DNA of 64,000 bases from Podarcis gaigeae (Eukaryota), in assembly GCA_964106915.2 (NCBI GenBank), contig OZ066916.1. One strand, written 5' to 3'. Made by a program: the position numbers and the translations under genes. The notes below the pieces were generated by a model. That model made no database searches. It worked only from the letters and a program-made list of their open reading frames with translations, and had not been told where the DNA came from. Shown here in pieces: positions 50,420-64,000 of the stretch (position 1 is its first letter; each line of letters begins with the position of its first letter).

Positions 50420-53143
50420 GTGCTGTACTCCCTTTCAAATGGTAATGGGACAATCCAACCAGGAGGTATGTATGTGTGGAGGCAGACATTTGCATGTATG
50501 CCCCTTGCTGGATAAGAACTGCCTGCACAGCAGCTGGAGCTGGGTAGACATAGCGGTGCCACTATACAGTAACATGAGTACCAATCAAAAACAATTTTTG
50601 CAAGAAGTGAGGGTACAATGTATTTCTCGCCCCTACCCTCTTCTTCCTCCTGAGGACTGCTCTCTAGTGAGCTGCCAATCCAGTGCTCTGTGCCTGCTCA
50701 ACTGGGCCACTTATGTATGTTTTCAATTTTCAATTTAATTTGTACTTCAATGAAATCTTGTTTTCAACAAAAATGAGAATTACCTATTACTTTAAATGGG
50801 TTTGTATTTTATGTGATTTTTTTTGGTTACTCATTATATAGTATAACAACAGCTGACCTTGCTAAATATTATAGACTGCATACATACCATACATTTAAAG
50901 CACATTCCAAGAATTCAGGGAACTGTAGTATACTCATTGCAGAGCTACTATTACCAACACCCTTGACAAACTAGAGTTTTCATTGGGCGGGGGCTGTTTT
51001 AAATACATGGGATGCATGCAGCTTCAGAAACTTGCCTAAAACCTTTTTCAATGAGCCTACTCAGATGTATAATTTAGCTACCTATATTGGTTTTGTAAAA
51101 GTTTTACTGATTTTATCTGTGTTTCAATTATTATGATTTTTATGTATATGTTTTATGGTTCTGTGGATTTTAGCTGTGCTTCATCTACAGTTTTATTATG
51201 TACACTGCTTGGAGAGCTCTGTGATTAAGTGGTTTATAAATCTTCTAAATAATTTAATATAAAGTGACATGCTTTCCATTGCTCTGTAGTCCTGCACTGG
51301 AACTGTGTTTGCGAGAGCTAAACGGGATGAAATATTAAGCCACCTAAGCACAATGTCTAAAACATCTCTTGCCACACTTGGAAAAATTGCACGCACCCAA
51401 TATGCACCAAGTGGCTCCTTCTGTGCACAAGAACTTGAGAGCATATGTGAAGCCTTCCCACAACAGTGAAGATGTGACACTCCTGGCAGAACTGCTCCAT
51501 GGGTGCTCTAGGGATATCATGGAACACTGCCCCGGCACCAAGTCCTCAGTATTTGTTTCTATCACAGTTAGTCAAAGGGTTACTTATAATTACTCCGGGA
51601 CCAGAGAGTGTTGGTATTATTGCTTTAGCATCTGGAATGTTTTCCACCATCCTGGGTGGTAGCGTGCCATGCTGGCAACAGATTGCAGGCTTCATTTGTT
51701 CCATCCACTGTTAGTTCTATACAATAAGTCATGTTCTGTACCCCTTTTCCTCCAGAACTAGGGTTGATCGCTTAAATAGATGGAATTCTAAAATGCTTAA
51801 CTCCATTGATTTTGTACCCCTATTTTCTCCAACTCCCACACCCACTTCACATAATTAATGTCTGGTGGCATCTCTGTTTTCTAAGATGGTTGTTAACAAT
51901 GCTATTTTTCTCGTAAAAAACACCTCTTATAATGGCAATGGCACCCACCCGAGAGGTGCCAGAACTGAGTTCCAGTGAGTTCTGGCTGGAAAAAAAGGCC
52001 TGGTTGTTAATTAGTTCTGTTGAAATTATATTGCAACTGCCATCACAACAGAGCTAAAGTTCTGGTAGGTCATTGTGCATATGGCTGCAGATGTTACAAA
52101 TACAAAGGTAGCAAAAAGCTACCTAAAGATTATCCTTCCACATCATTTTTATTTTCCAGGTAGACACCTGCTTCTTAATCAGATAGTCTCCCCTGATGCA
52201 ACAATTACTGCTTTCATCTACATGGAAATAATGTACTACTGGAAGATAAGGGTACAGTCCATTTTTGGCACAGTTGTCTCCAATAAATGTGGCACTTCTT
52301 TCTACATTCCACTGCTCTTCTGCCTGTAAATATTTTAGGTCATCATACCTGCAATCTCAGTAAAATTGTTTTGTTTTGCTTTTTCCACAATCCAGTGGTT
52401 AAATCTTTATAAGGTGCTACCATGTTTGTATATTTTGCTAGGACAATTCAACAGCTCTTTCTCTTTCTGGAGAAGTAAATACATTTCATCAGTGTCTCTC
52501 TTAAAAATGAATGATTGGCTCAGTAAATAAAATTCTGCCTTTGACAAGAGATACCGAAGCAACAGCTCACTTCTATGATCTACTGCCCTGTATAGAGGAA
52601 GTGGTGCTTTTGAAGGTGTGACTATCATTTGAAGGGAACACTCTTGCACCAAGTAAAGAGTTGAGGAAGGAGTTTCAATCAATAAAATGTATGACTGCCA
52701 TTTGTTAAATAAAGCTGTGAAGTAGCTCAAGATGTCAAGAGTACATACATCATCCTCAGTGTTGCATTGCAAGCTTCTTTGCCCTCCCCATAGCTGTTAT
52801 GTGAACATAAATCTCTAATTCTGTCTGGATTGTGGAGTCACAATTCTAAGTTAGCATATATAACAGTATTTAAACAGTATTAAACTTTAGGCGGTTCTGC
52901 TTCACTTCTTGTTCTTCCAAGTGTCCTTATTTTCCTAGATTTACAGAAGCCATCCTGGTTTTCAATTTGATCCCAGAATGTCCTACTTTTTCTTAGGACG
53001 CCCCTATTTTCATTGGAAAAATGTTGGAGGGTATAAAGTTATCCAACCCTTTAGCCATCTGAAAGCAGCCCTGAATAGGGAAGGTTTTTAAAAATATTTA
53101 ATGTTTTTATATATGTTGGAAGCCGTCCAAAGCAGCTGGGAGA

Positions 53144-53176
<33 letters not shown>

Positions 53177-56100
53177 ATTTAATTTCCAATCAATACAAAC
53201 ACCAAAATAAAAAAACATGTACAACAAAAAACCATAACAATAATAACACAAATTGACAACACAAATTTAAATGCAGTAATATCCCTATGCCTACTACTCC
53301 TTGTTTATCACCACTCTCTCCCCCCTCTATTTCCCACTGTTATCCCCCTTGTCACTTATATATTCGTTCCAAATTTCTTCGTATTTATCCATTCTTATTT
53401 TGCATTGACAAGCAATTCTTTCGTATGTAGACAGATTAGCTACATTTATTATTATTATACACAAACTTGCTTTCAGTTCATACGAAATGTGTGCTAAATT
53501 TGTTAAAGACTACTATTTATGTGAAGGCCTTGCTGTTGTTTGCTGCGCCTCTCTGACTTCTTCAAAGTGGAGCTTATGATATAAGCTCCTGAAAGTTGAC
53601 TGTTTTATGGAAAGAGCATTGAGTAAAAACGTGTCATTGTTAACAATGAGCAGGCACTGAAATAGGCAGGGGGTTTTGCTTCCCATTACCTTTTCATGTT
53701 TGTGTCTGTTTCTGGCTGGAAAATATTTTGGCCGTGCGGTATGATATTTCATTTTGTGAGCAGAGAAAAGTAAACAATTTTTTAAAAATGTGAAGTCCTT
53801 GTATCAATGTAAGTAAAAGGGTTAGGACAGCAGTCAGCAAGAGAGACTTAATGATACAGATGGAAGGCACAGGTTAAGGGAACAACTACCAGGAAGCGAT
53901 TCTGCACAGAAAGCAGAGCTGGAGGGTCAGAGAGAGAAGTTAAAGAAAGCTTGCTTAAATAGAGTTATTTGCTTGATGATACTCTAACCAGATGACCTTC
54001 ATGGTTCCTTCCAACTCTGCAGTTCTGTGATTCTATTATTCTAACACTATTTGAAACAGTCCTTATTAAAGAGGAGACCGTGGAAGTAAAATTTAGTTCA
54101 CTGACGGCTTTGCCTGGCTTAGGTGCCCACCGTCTACGAATCAGGAGTCTGAGCAGTAGATACTAATTCATTAAAATCACAATATTTTCGAATAAAAGGA
54201 ACTTTGTTGTTTTTAAGTAATTTAATTGTGCCAACAACTCCCTTCTCTGAAATGATTCTCTGATGGATTCTTATTTTTTGTTTGTTTTAAATAAAGTTCT
54301 ACAATTTCTTTCTTGTGAGTTTTCCTGCAACAATATTAAGAACATCAAATGTCTACTAGGGCCAATTTCCCCCCAGCTTTTTATTTCTATTTTTTTCTAT
54401 TTTTTACTTTTTAGTTTGACTAAATGATTAGTAAAGCCTGTTTATGTTTAAAACAAAAAAAAAAAGAGTAGAGCTACAAGACACATTTGGGGAGTGTGAT
54501 TAGTAGCCTAAATCAAAAGTTATCATTTTTTTTTTTTTTGCAACGACAATCTAAAAATAAAGCAAAGAATATAAACAAAACATATGAATAAAAAAACCCT
54601 TGAAAATCTTACTCAATCCTCACAACTTAGGGGTAACACCCTTTTAGTCATTTTTTATATCATCAAAACAAGAGTTTGAAGTTGTCCTGAACATTAGCTA
54701 AATCAAGTGCTTGTTAGACTGATATTATATTCGCTCCTCTGAGACCATTCCCCATCCTGCACTTCTGTTATCCTAAACATTTGCTGGCAAGAAATCTGGG
54801 AAGATTTTTCACTAAATTAGGACTGCCTCTATTCCTTCTCTGCTTGTCATATTTTAAGCGGTGTTATGCTGGGGTGTGTGTGCGTGGGGGGGGGGCACCA
54901 TTCAGCTGTTGAGAGAGAGAACAAAGAGAACAAACATCCATTTTAGGATGCTAATTTTACCTTCCCCTGAGAGACATTTAAAAATGTGCATTCTAGTTAA
55001 CACAAGGTTTATCATTCCATTTGCAGGCACAGAGACTCAATTTAATAAGGATCATCACTTCCATAAAGAACTTGACTAAGAGAAAAGGGATAGAGATTCC
55101 CGGTTACATCTCATTACTGCTCATCTTCAGTCACGGAGTGAAATGGAGTAGAAGCACCAGAAATAATTACATTTCTTGACACCACCATTCCCAGTAAACC
55201 CTGCTGCTGGGGAGTACTGGATTTCACTCCCCTTATCACAGGGTAATAGTAAACAATGGTAAACAATTTGTGTCCTGTGCACACAAATATGTTCTTGCAG
55301 GAAATCTGTTGATTGTAGAGGCTGCATATGAGCGGGATATTAATTGGACTTGCTCACTAGGAACAGTTGTTAATTAAATGCTAATGAGGCATTGCCATTT
55401 GCACAGAGTTCCAGTAATAAGCTTGCAAGTGCAGGAGTTGCCTCATCTCATAAAATGTCTCCTTTCTGTTCTTCATTCATTCTCTCAGAACTTAGTTAAA
55501 TTGGGTTCAAAGAAACTTATTCCCAGGTGAGCGTGTACAGGATTGCAGCCTTAGGCATACAGCACTGCACACATTTTAGCAGCTCAGGCTGGCTGGCTGG
55601 CTGGCTGGCTGCAACCCTATCCGAAGGAAGGGGAACATGGTTTCAGTTGCAACCACAGCGGCTGTAGCTTGACTAAATGGCTGTAATGCTCTCGGCATAA
55701 GGCTGCCTTTAAAAAATCTGTCCAAAAATTTTAGCTAGTAACAAATTTAGCAGCCAGAATGTGGGGGGGGGGGGCGAGGAAATTTGTTCATGTCAAGGCA
55801 TTCTGCATCTGTTGCATTGGTTACCCAAATTGTATCCAAGCTCAATATAACTAACTTTTATAGATTGATATAGTTTGATTCCACGTTACCTGGAGGACCT
55901 TCTTCATGAGGGTTGGATAAGCTTTTTCCAGCTCTAGGACTGTATTCAACCTAGGTCAACTCTCTAGGGACCACGTGCTGGTGGAAGGCATGGCCCCTCC
56001 ACGCTCTCCAGCATACATCACACCCAGACATCATATACAGGTTATCACGCCCTCTCCAGTCATCAAATGATTGATCTGATGGGTGGGGAAGGGCAATATT

Positions 56101-57240
56101 AATCCACATCATGGTGCTGGGAATGAAAAATTCCACTTGTCTCTGTGTGCTTGCCCCCCGACCCCCAGCAGGGGCACTGTTGAGACAAAACTGAGTCAGG
56201 GGCTGCCACAAGGAAAGATTTGGTGGATCATTCTTAAGCTCAGGTAGTTTCCATAGGCCAATATGCTTGCCGCGTATTGACTATGTTTCCTTCCACAACA
56301 GCCCTGACATCAGTTGAAATCTCCATACAATTTTGGCCCTGTAATAAGCTTTTCCAGCATATACAATTGGTACCGCATCAGTGGAGAGCTTGCCCATAAT
56401 GAGCTTATCACGATTTATGTGAACGAAACATACATTTCTCATCTGCATCCAACCACGGATTTATAAGCTCCTTTTGTCATGCAGGAAAAGGGTTAGTTCC
56501 ACTAATGGTAGCTGTCCAAGTAAAACATGCCTCAATTTCAGAGTTGTCTCCTGGTCTCTAAGGTGATAACTTTAGAAACCGAATCCAATTCCATTGTGGA
56601 AGTTTTAGGCATGAAAGGTCAGAAACCTACTGCTTTTGGTGAAACACTCAATAAGCCACAAAGGCTCCAATACATGCTCAAAACAATTTTCTTTCCTCCG
56701 CCCACATGGTATTATATACATTGGCTGTATGAAATGAAATCTGGGCAGTAGACACATTTTACTGTGGTGCACAAATGATCCCTTTAGCATATGAGAAATG
56801 AGAGTAGGGTTTTTTTAAAAAGCTGGGAGGCTGGGAAAGGACAGTTGCTGGCAGCGCATGCCTAGGAATCACCACTCCCCTAAAACCCCATGTGCAGTGG
56901 ACTTTGCTTGTTCCATTGTTATCAGGGCCAGCCCACCCATGGGGCAAAGTGAGGAAAGTGCCTCAGACGGCAGGATCCACAGGCGCAGCAGATTCTGATG
57001 TATATCTGTATTGCCCCCTAGTTCCTGATGTAGATCCTCACTCACCCCCCTCTTCCCTGGTGAGGAGGGGAGGGGGGTGCCATTTTGTGGTTTGCTTCAG
57101 GTGCCACAATGTGTTGGGATTGTTACACAAGTAGAGGGGAAAGGCCTCATTAGTTACAGTAGTTTACATAAATCCCAGGTGAGCCAGATCTCTATGTGGT
57201 AGGGCCCAGGATGAAAACTCAGCCTCACATTTACACACGT

Positions 57241-57290
<50 letters not shown>
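57241..57290. repeat. Compound (AC)7(AG)18 microsatellite
   Basis: Seen directly. Confidence 0.95.
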
Positions 57291-57292
<2 letters not shown>

Positions 57293-57296
<4 letters not shown>

Positions 57297-57586
57297 CGGT
57301 TCCCTCGCTGAGAGAAGCCAAGTTACAGGGAACCAGGCAGAGGGCCTTCTTGGTAGTGGCACCCGCCCTGTGGAACGCCCTCCCACCAGATGTCAAAGAG
57401 AAAAATAACTACCAAACTTTTAGAAGAAGACATCTGAAGGCAGCCCTGTTTAGGGAAGCTTTTAATGTTTAATAGGTTATTGTATTCTAGTGGTTTGTTG
57501 GAAGCCGCCCAGAGTAGCTGGGGAAACCCAGCCAGATGGGCGGGGTATAATAAATTATTATTATTAATTATTATTAATTATTATTA

Positions 57587-57623
<37 letters not shown>
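57293..57623 (+). mobile_element. L2/CR1-clade LINE 3' end with (TTA)n tail
   Basis: gggccttc...tggaacgccctccc...ggaagccgcccagag...gggcggggtataataaa followed by the microsatellite; shorter copies at about 53055-53175 and 63817-63868. Confidence 0.8.
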
Positions 57624-60600
57624 GGAAGCGACATAGGCCTACATTTAGTTCCCCAGATGCCCCATTTGTGTGGAACTCATAGACACATGTTGTGTTTCCT
57701 ATAGGGGCAATACTGAATACACATGTTAACTCCTCTGCCTGACTTAGCATGTTTAGATCCTAAATGCTAGGGACCTGATCCATCATTTTATTCTGCCTTT
57801 CAGACTGTAAACTATCCTGAGAATGCCAATGTGGTAACATTGCAGGATAGAGCTAAATCATAAACCAAACCTGGCCCCAAGCAGTCAGATCTGTTGACCT
57901 TGACCTCCCAGTACATGAACACACTACTTTTAAAAAACAACCATGGGGGGAGGGGTAAAGGAACAAGCTATGCTTTTGTAGTCTGCCCTCCGCGGCTCCG
58001 GTGGAGGCCCTGTCAAAGCTGAGAAAGAGCAAGTCTTGTTTTCCAATTCCGGCACAACTGGCTTCTATTGCCAGCTACTGGAACAGTAATCAGATATCCT
58101 TTGTGCAGATCTTCATTGCCTATTGTCTATTATGAACTAAACACACCTACACAAGGGTAGGTTTGTGAAAGGAAATGAAAATTATAAATCATCTACTCTT
58201 GTTCTAAAGACAGACAAATAATTCTCAAATAGATGAGGTACATAAAAACAATGTTGTTTTGAATGGGCTGGACATAACACAGCCATCCTATTTTCCTAGT
58301 GTAGACAACTTTTGCAGTTGTCAGACGCTAACCATCTGCAGGATCACACCTGCTCAAAGAAATCCTATGTGAAATGGCCCGCTTGTTTATTACATTGTTA
58401 TCTTGTTCTTCCTTTTGGAAGCCCATAGCATTTTGCATGGAACCCCTAAGCAGTCTCCCATCCAGGTCACAAGTTGTTGAATTCTGACAATGCATCATAT
58501 ATCCTCATTATGTGGTCTGCTTCCCTGTGAGGAACCTCTACATTTTGATGTAGTTTGATGTAGTTCAACAGTACCACCTAGAGTATTTGGGGATTACAGG
58601 CGACCCACCCACCCCTCACTGTGAAGTAGCAAGAAGCATACCCGAGTCCTTGAATAAGCGTCCAGGAATTAAGCTCTTTTCACAATAGCAAAATAGGTCT
58701 GAATTGGCTGGGCCTTTTAAATTGTGAGTTTAGAGTCATTAAGGAGGTAGAACTAGCCTCTCTGTAATTTTGTGGTAGCCCAAAGAGACCACTAACATCT
58801 GAGATGGGGCTTATTTTGCAACCGGGCCTCAGGTTGCCATAAATGCGTGACGCTCAGCCTTGGTCTTTCTGAAAACAGCTGATGAGGAGTCCTAAGTTGC
58901 TCTTGTTAGGAGAGCCTGCAGCATGGGCAATTTACAGTTTAAGGAGTTCAAAGGCTTCGTTCATGCAGGAGCTATTTACAAGGTGGGTAGAGATGAAAGA
59001 GAAATGGCTGACATCTTGTCTCAACAAGTTGGGAAAGAATAACAGAAAAATGGCTCAGCTTTTAGGGGTGGAGTTGACTTAGACAGAGAGGCTATAAGCA
59101 AGGGTTGGCTAGATTGCTAGACAATCAGTGCTCGTGTGGTTTAAAGTAACACATGCATTAACTAGAAGCTCAGAAGAAGGGAAGATATTTGCTTTTCTCC
59201 AACAGCTCCCTCTAAGCATCTCTATTCTTCAACAAACTCTGCACATGCTTTGAAACCCAAGAAGCCTGAGAAGAGATGCAAATTAAAATAATTCACACAG
59301 CAATATCAGAATGATTGGGTTTCTCGTGCCACATTCCCTTTCTTAAACAGATGATCATTCCGTCCTCTGATAATTTAATAGTATTGCACACATGCAATTC
59401 AGTGAATGCCACTTTTTGGTAGTACTAAAAAGCAACACAATTGTTTATTTTGCTACTTCCATTAATGTGCCTAGCAAGGTTGAATTAGCCAATCTCTCAG
59501 TCTCAGTGCCTCATCCACATTACATAGATAATAGGTGAGGAAGTGAATCTGGCCAGAGGGCTGAATCCAGAGCTGGACCATCATTCTGTCAATTAACTGG
59601 CACCCTATCAAAGCAGGTAATAGAAAGTTCAAGCCATGGGAGCAGGCACAGGCTAAGCTCAGAAAGAAACCTCTGCTGCTGCCATCTGTTGTACAGCGTA
59701 CAATGTAAGGATTACTGAAAAGGTGCTGAAACTAGAATACTCTAATAATTCCATTTCAGGGTTCAACAGTGCAAACCCATGCATGCCTACACAGAAGTAA
59801 ATTCTATTGAGCTCTGCAGGGCTTATTCACAGGTAAGTGGGCCAAGGATGGCAGACTGAGGCTGCAGCTCAAGCCCAAAATGTTACTATGTGCTACAGCT
59901 ACATGACAGCATTTGTTTAAAAAAGACAAAACACAGACAGTGGCCCACCTGCTGTTTTAAGGCCAGCTTGGCTTGTGCTCAAGTTACAAGGGCCAGTTCA
60001 GGATATGCGGCCAATCTGTGAACAGGCTCCTTTTGCCATCCTAGCAGATTGGCATAATTGGTGGCCTGTATAATCTGTGCATGAAGCGGCGTCATTGGGA
60101 GCCCATACGTTGTGAAATCACTCTCTCCTTAGGGCTTTTCTTTTCCTTCTTTAATGCACACAGATTTGAAAAACAATCTGTGCCAAACAAGGAGAATGGA
60201 TTCAGAAATGGAGACTCGCCATCCAAAACAGCATGAGGCTTGTTTTTGATTGTCTTAAACAGAGTGGTTTGGTGGAAGGTCCAGGGAGCCAAGCAAATCA
60301 TGTTTCCTACTTGCTTTTGTCTCTTCACAGGGAAGCGTTGGGGAAGTGGCCAAAACTAGCTTGTTAAGTTCTGCCAAATCTGACAATGAATCAGCGAGCT
60401 CTGTGTGAAAATCTGTCCCACGGCCTGCTGCTGGCTGCTGAATACCAAGAACAGGTAAATTGATTATGGACACGGCCATCACTACATGAGAAAAAAGCTG
60501 TTCTATTCCATAAAACATTGCTATTTTAAAATATATATGGGTACTCAGTTAGCAGGGACTGAATGAGAGCTGGTTAACATATGCATGTGCTTCATTCAAT

Positions 60601-60964
60601 GACTGCATGCATGTGAGAGAAGCAGTGGCATAGCGTGGGTTGCCAGTGCCTGGGGCTGTGCAGAAGGGGGGTGAGAGGGAGGGAAATGGACGGAGTACAC
60701 ATGCTGCCAAACAGTATCTGCGTCACCCAGGAAATCACAGCCGCAGAGATGAGAAAAGAAGAGTTGCATTGAGGCAGCACCGGGTGTTGAAATTTTGCGC
60801 TCCCTAGCAATATTGCACCCAAGGCAACTGCCCCTATGCCCACCCATTCTACACCACTGGAAAGAAGGGCCATAGCCCAGTAGCAGAGCCCTACGCACAA
60901 GGTCTCAAGGTTCAGCTCCTGCTATCTCCGGCTACAAAGGGACCTCAGGTATAAAAGCCCGACA

Positions 60965-61143
60965 CCGTATTTAAGCAAACTGAATGCGGCATCGAAACTA
61001 ATGCGTACCTCAGTTTTCAGAACCTTGAAACCAAAAAAGTATTTGCTAGCAAATGTAAATGTGCCATCAAATCTAATGTGCACCCTAATTTACGTGACAT
61101 AATTTGGCCAAAAAAGGTACACATTACATTCAGGTAAATACGG
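60965..61143. mobile_element. Old Tc1/mariner-type MITE; shorter inverted copy at about 63071-63174
   Basis: ccgtattta...taaatacgg ends; internal sequence is shared with the second copy. Confidence 0.65.
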
Positions 61144-62169
61144 TGTCTTGGAGAGCTCCTGCCACTGATGGTAGACCAGGGCTTGCCAACATCACACTCA
61201 TGGATATCAATGGGCCCACTGGTAGCTCCAGTGGCAGATATAAAAGCTCTCTGTAAATATCCCTTTTAAAAAGCCACAGTGCTATTTGCTTTTCCTGCTC
61301 AGTTCCAGTTTGCACTGGCTCAGTTCCTCTGTGTTGAACTCACCACCGAAACATGCTCAGATTACATTGGATGCCAATATTCAACACCCACCCTCCCTTC
61401 TGTCCTGTGGTGCAAAGAGCTTAACCAATGTTGGTGTCTTTTCCCCCACTGATGGGACAAAAGAAGTGATACATTTCTCAATATTGAATTATAACGGGAC
61501 AAATAGAATTATATATTGCTCAAAATTGGTCTGCTTGTCTCATTAGCCCTTTTCATGTGTTCAAAGAACATCTGGGGCGGGGCGGTGGGGGAATCAGGTT
61601 GTGTATGCAATCCCAGCTTCCAACATTTGTGCATTTATCTGAAGGTCTAAAAAGAGCTTATATGTTACATTTGCAAATTCATAGACATCAGGGATAATGT
61701 CTACGGCAGGGTTCCCAATCGCAGAGAGATGCTCTTAGTGCATGCAACTATTCATAACTTCAGATGAACACAGTGAAATTGGGAAGCTCTTACTGAGCTT
61801 TTCCCCCCATCACACATGATGCAGAATCTCACTCACACTCATTCAGAATAGACTTTCTGGACAAGGAATAAATAGTTGTGTTTCTCTGTCACCAAAGTAA
61901 TTCAACTAAAATCCTATACTCTATGTAGATGTTAGCAGCTTCTGTGTTCAGCAAAATGGGAACAAGGGGACCAGGACGCAGTTCTCAACATTTTTGTTGA
62001 ACCTCACAGGAACAAACAAACATTGAAATGCTAGGCTTGGGTAAATTCTGATCCATTACAGATTGTTAGTGCCCCAAACATTAAAGGCATTGTTCATGCC
62101 ACAGTTGCTGCACAAATACAATGTGCCCTGTGGAAACATCGTGGAGAAGGGCGTCAGATGATGAGGAGT

Positions 62170-62376
62170 TACAGATAGGTAGCCGTGTTGGTCTGCCATA
62201 GTCAAAACAAAACAAAATTCCTTCCAGTAGCACCTTAAAGACCAACTAAGTTAGTTCTTGGTATGAGCTTTCGTGTGTATCAGTATCTGAAGAAGTGTGT
62301 ATGCACACGAAAGCTCATACCAAGAACTAACTTAGTTGGTCTTTAAGGTGCTACTGGAAGGAATTTTGTTTTGTTT
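62170..62376. mobile_element. Penelope-like element pLTR fragment in inverted (fold-back) arrangement
   Basis: 14-bp flanking direct repeat agatgatgaggagt (62156-62169, 62377-62390); perfect 73-bp inverted arms; gtagccgtgttggtctg and gcaccttaaagac motifs typical of reptile PLEs. Confidence 0.85.
62283..62320 (+). ncRNA. Candidate minimal type I hammerhead ribozyme
   Basis: GTAT-CTGAAGA-A-GTGTG(TATG)CACAC-GAA-AGCT-C^ATAC: intact core, 5-bp helix II, palindromic AGCT helix III, 4-bp helix I. Confidence 0.65.
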
Positions 62377-64000
62377 AGATGATGAGGAGTGGGGTGAGAT
62401 CAGGGAGTTGGAGGAGACTGAGCTGAGGGAAGGTCCTAGGGGGTTGGGGCATGGGAGTTCAGGACCTCAGGAGGAGTCTGACCCCAGGGAGGGCACCAGC
62501 GGCTTGGGAGGCAGATACTTGAATTCAGGGGAAGGGCTGAGCAGGATTTCAGGAGATTGACCCACCTCTAGTTACCCCCAAGTGCAGGGCCACAACCAGT
62601 TGAGATGACTCAGGCACCTTTTCCCAACAGTGAAGAACTGTCCCATTCTGAAGAGGCATGTGGGGATGAGCCTAACACTGAGCCAGCTTCTTAAACTCTT
62701 CCTTCATTTCCAAGGAGGCAGAAGTACAGTGCACACACACACCATTTGAATGGGAATGCCCATCAGCTTTGTGGGGGCCAGGCCCCCTCAAATATTTTAC
62801 TATGGGGGCCAAAGCCCCCACAGCCCCTAGGAGTTGGTTCCTATGGTAGGAAACCAGCATTGAAATCCCCATTCAGCCATGAAGCTCAAACTGGGCCAGT
62901 CAGGCTAACCTAATGTCACAGGATTGTTGTGAGGGTAAAACGGGGAGGCAGAAACCAATGTACATCACCTTGGAGGTAAGGTGGGATATGAACATAATAA
63001 TCAACAAAACTGTCCATGTGGCAGGGTCCAAATAGAAAACCAGCAGCAACAAGCTGCAAAGCAGAATACACTGTATTAACTTGAATGTAATGCACACCTT
63101 TTCTGGCCAAATTACATCACAAAAATTAGGGTGCGCATTATATTCGATGGCGCATTAGGTCTACGTAAATATGGCAAACTGCATACACCCTTTAAAAAAT
63201 GAAAGATTACAGAATTTTTACATCACTGACCCTACATAGTGAATAATACACTGAAGCACAAGGGGAAATAAGTTATTAAGCAAAAGCTCATCGCTGGAAC
63301 AAAGGGCCGTCTTTAATACATTCTTTTTCTTTCCAGCCTATAATAGTAATATGCTGCAACCAAAATAGCTGTGAGTAAAAAAAATAAACAATTGCGCTGT
63401 TCATTTTCAGCCTCACCAATTAAAATTTGCCCTCACTAATTAAAATTAGTCCCCACTGGTTAATCAATGAAAGCTTTAGTTAATTAATCTACCGATTAAA
63501 CTGGCAGCCCTAATTAAGAAACAAGTATAATATGGATGGCTGAAATATTGTAAGAATGCGGGTGCAGAGAGGATACATGATGCCAAGTCAAACGTCCGGA
63601 TGCGTAAGCAGGGGCAATGATTCTCACATGACCAAACGCTTATGCCCTTGTGCGTATGTGTGGATTTGTACATTTGTAAATATACTGCATGCAAATATAC
63701 GGGAACACTGGACCCTCTGTCACAGTTTAACACAGCCTCGGATCTTCAGCCATACCCAGCTAAGGAAAGAAGGTGGGAGAAATACTATTTCTTGGAGGAG
63801 ACATTTTTTTTGAACTAATAATAATAATTTATTTATACCTAGCCCATCTGGCTGGGTTTCCCCAGCCAACAAAGCATACCGAAGTGAAATAAAATGATTT
63901 GGTTTTTAGGTACAAACTTACGACCAAAGTGTAGGTATTTGAAGGTGAAAGCGAAATGTTTAAATTTGATATTCAGAGGGGAGGGAAGTAATTTATTCTA

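Noticed and set aside
48150-64000. A neighbouring protein-coding gene downstream of ADGRB3
   Set aside because: No ORF or exon chain with recognisable homology on either strand; short isolated exons cannot be excluded by eye.

Overview
This is eukaryotic (squamate reptile) genomic DNA. The Sauria SINE, CR1/L2 LINE, hAT/Tc1-mariner MITE and Penelope content suggest a lacertid lizard, which is an inference. The window holds the 3' half of the adhesion GPCR gene ADGRB3 (BAI3) on the + strand. Eleven visible coding exons (2393-47504) have canonical AG/GT junctions and join in one open frame of 1659 nt (552 aa plus stop), running from TM3 to the C-terminal QTEV PDZ-binding motif. A 3'UTR follows, with poly(A) signals near 47987 and 48120. 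The 33-aa ICL3 exon known from mammalian BAI3 is not visible and probably lies in a 140-N gap that is flanked by RBFOX and QKI motifs. The rest is intronic or intergenic DNA rich in transposons, and I found no other protein-coding gene, CRISPR array or true tRNA/rRNA gene. The most unusual structures are: (i) a young, CpG-rich 1.7-kb composite hAT element made of three different hairpin units, each tandemly duplicated at a 108-109 bp period, that also carries one end of a Tc1/mariner-type element; (ii) a Penelope-like insertion with a perfect 73-bp inverted repeat and an intact minimal hammerhead-ribozyme motif; (iii) two identical 136-bp hAT MITEs; and (iv) a candidate internal promoter/first exon that could yield a cytosolic BAI3 tail. 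I cannot claim a wholly new system from sequence alone.
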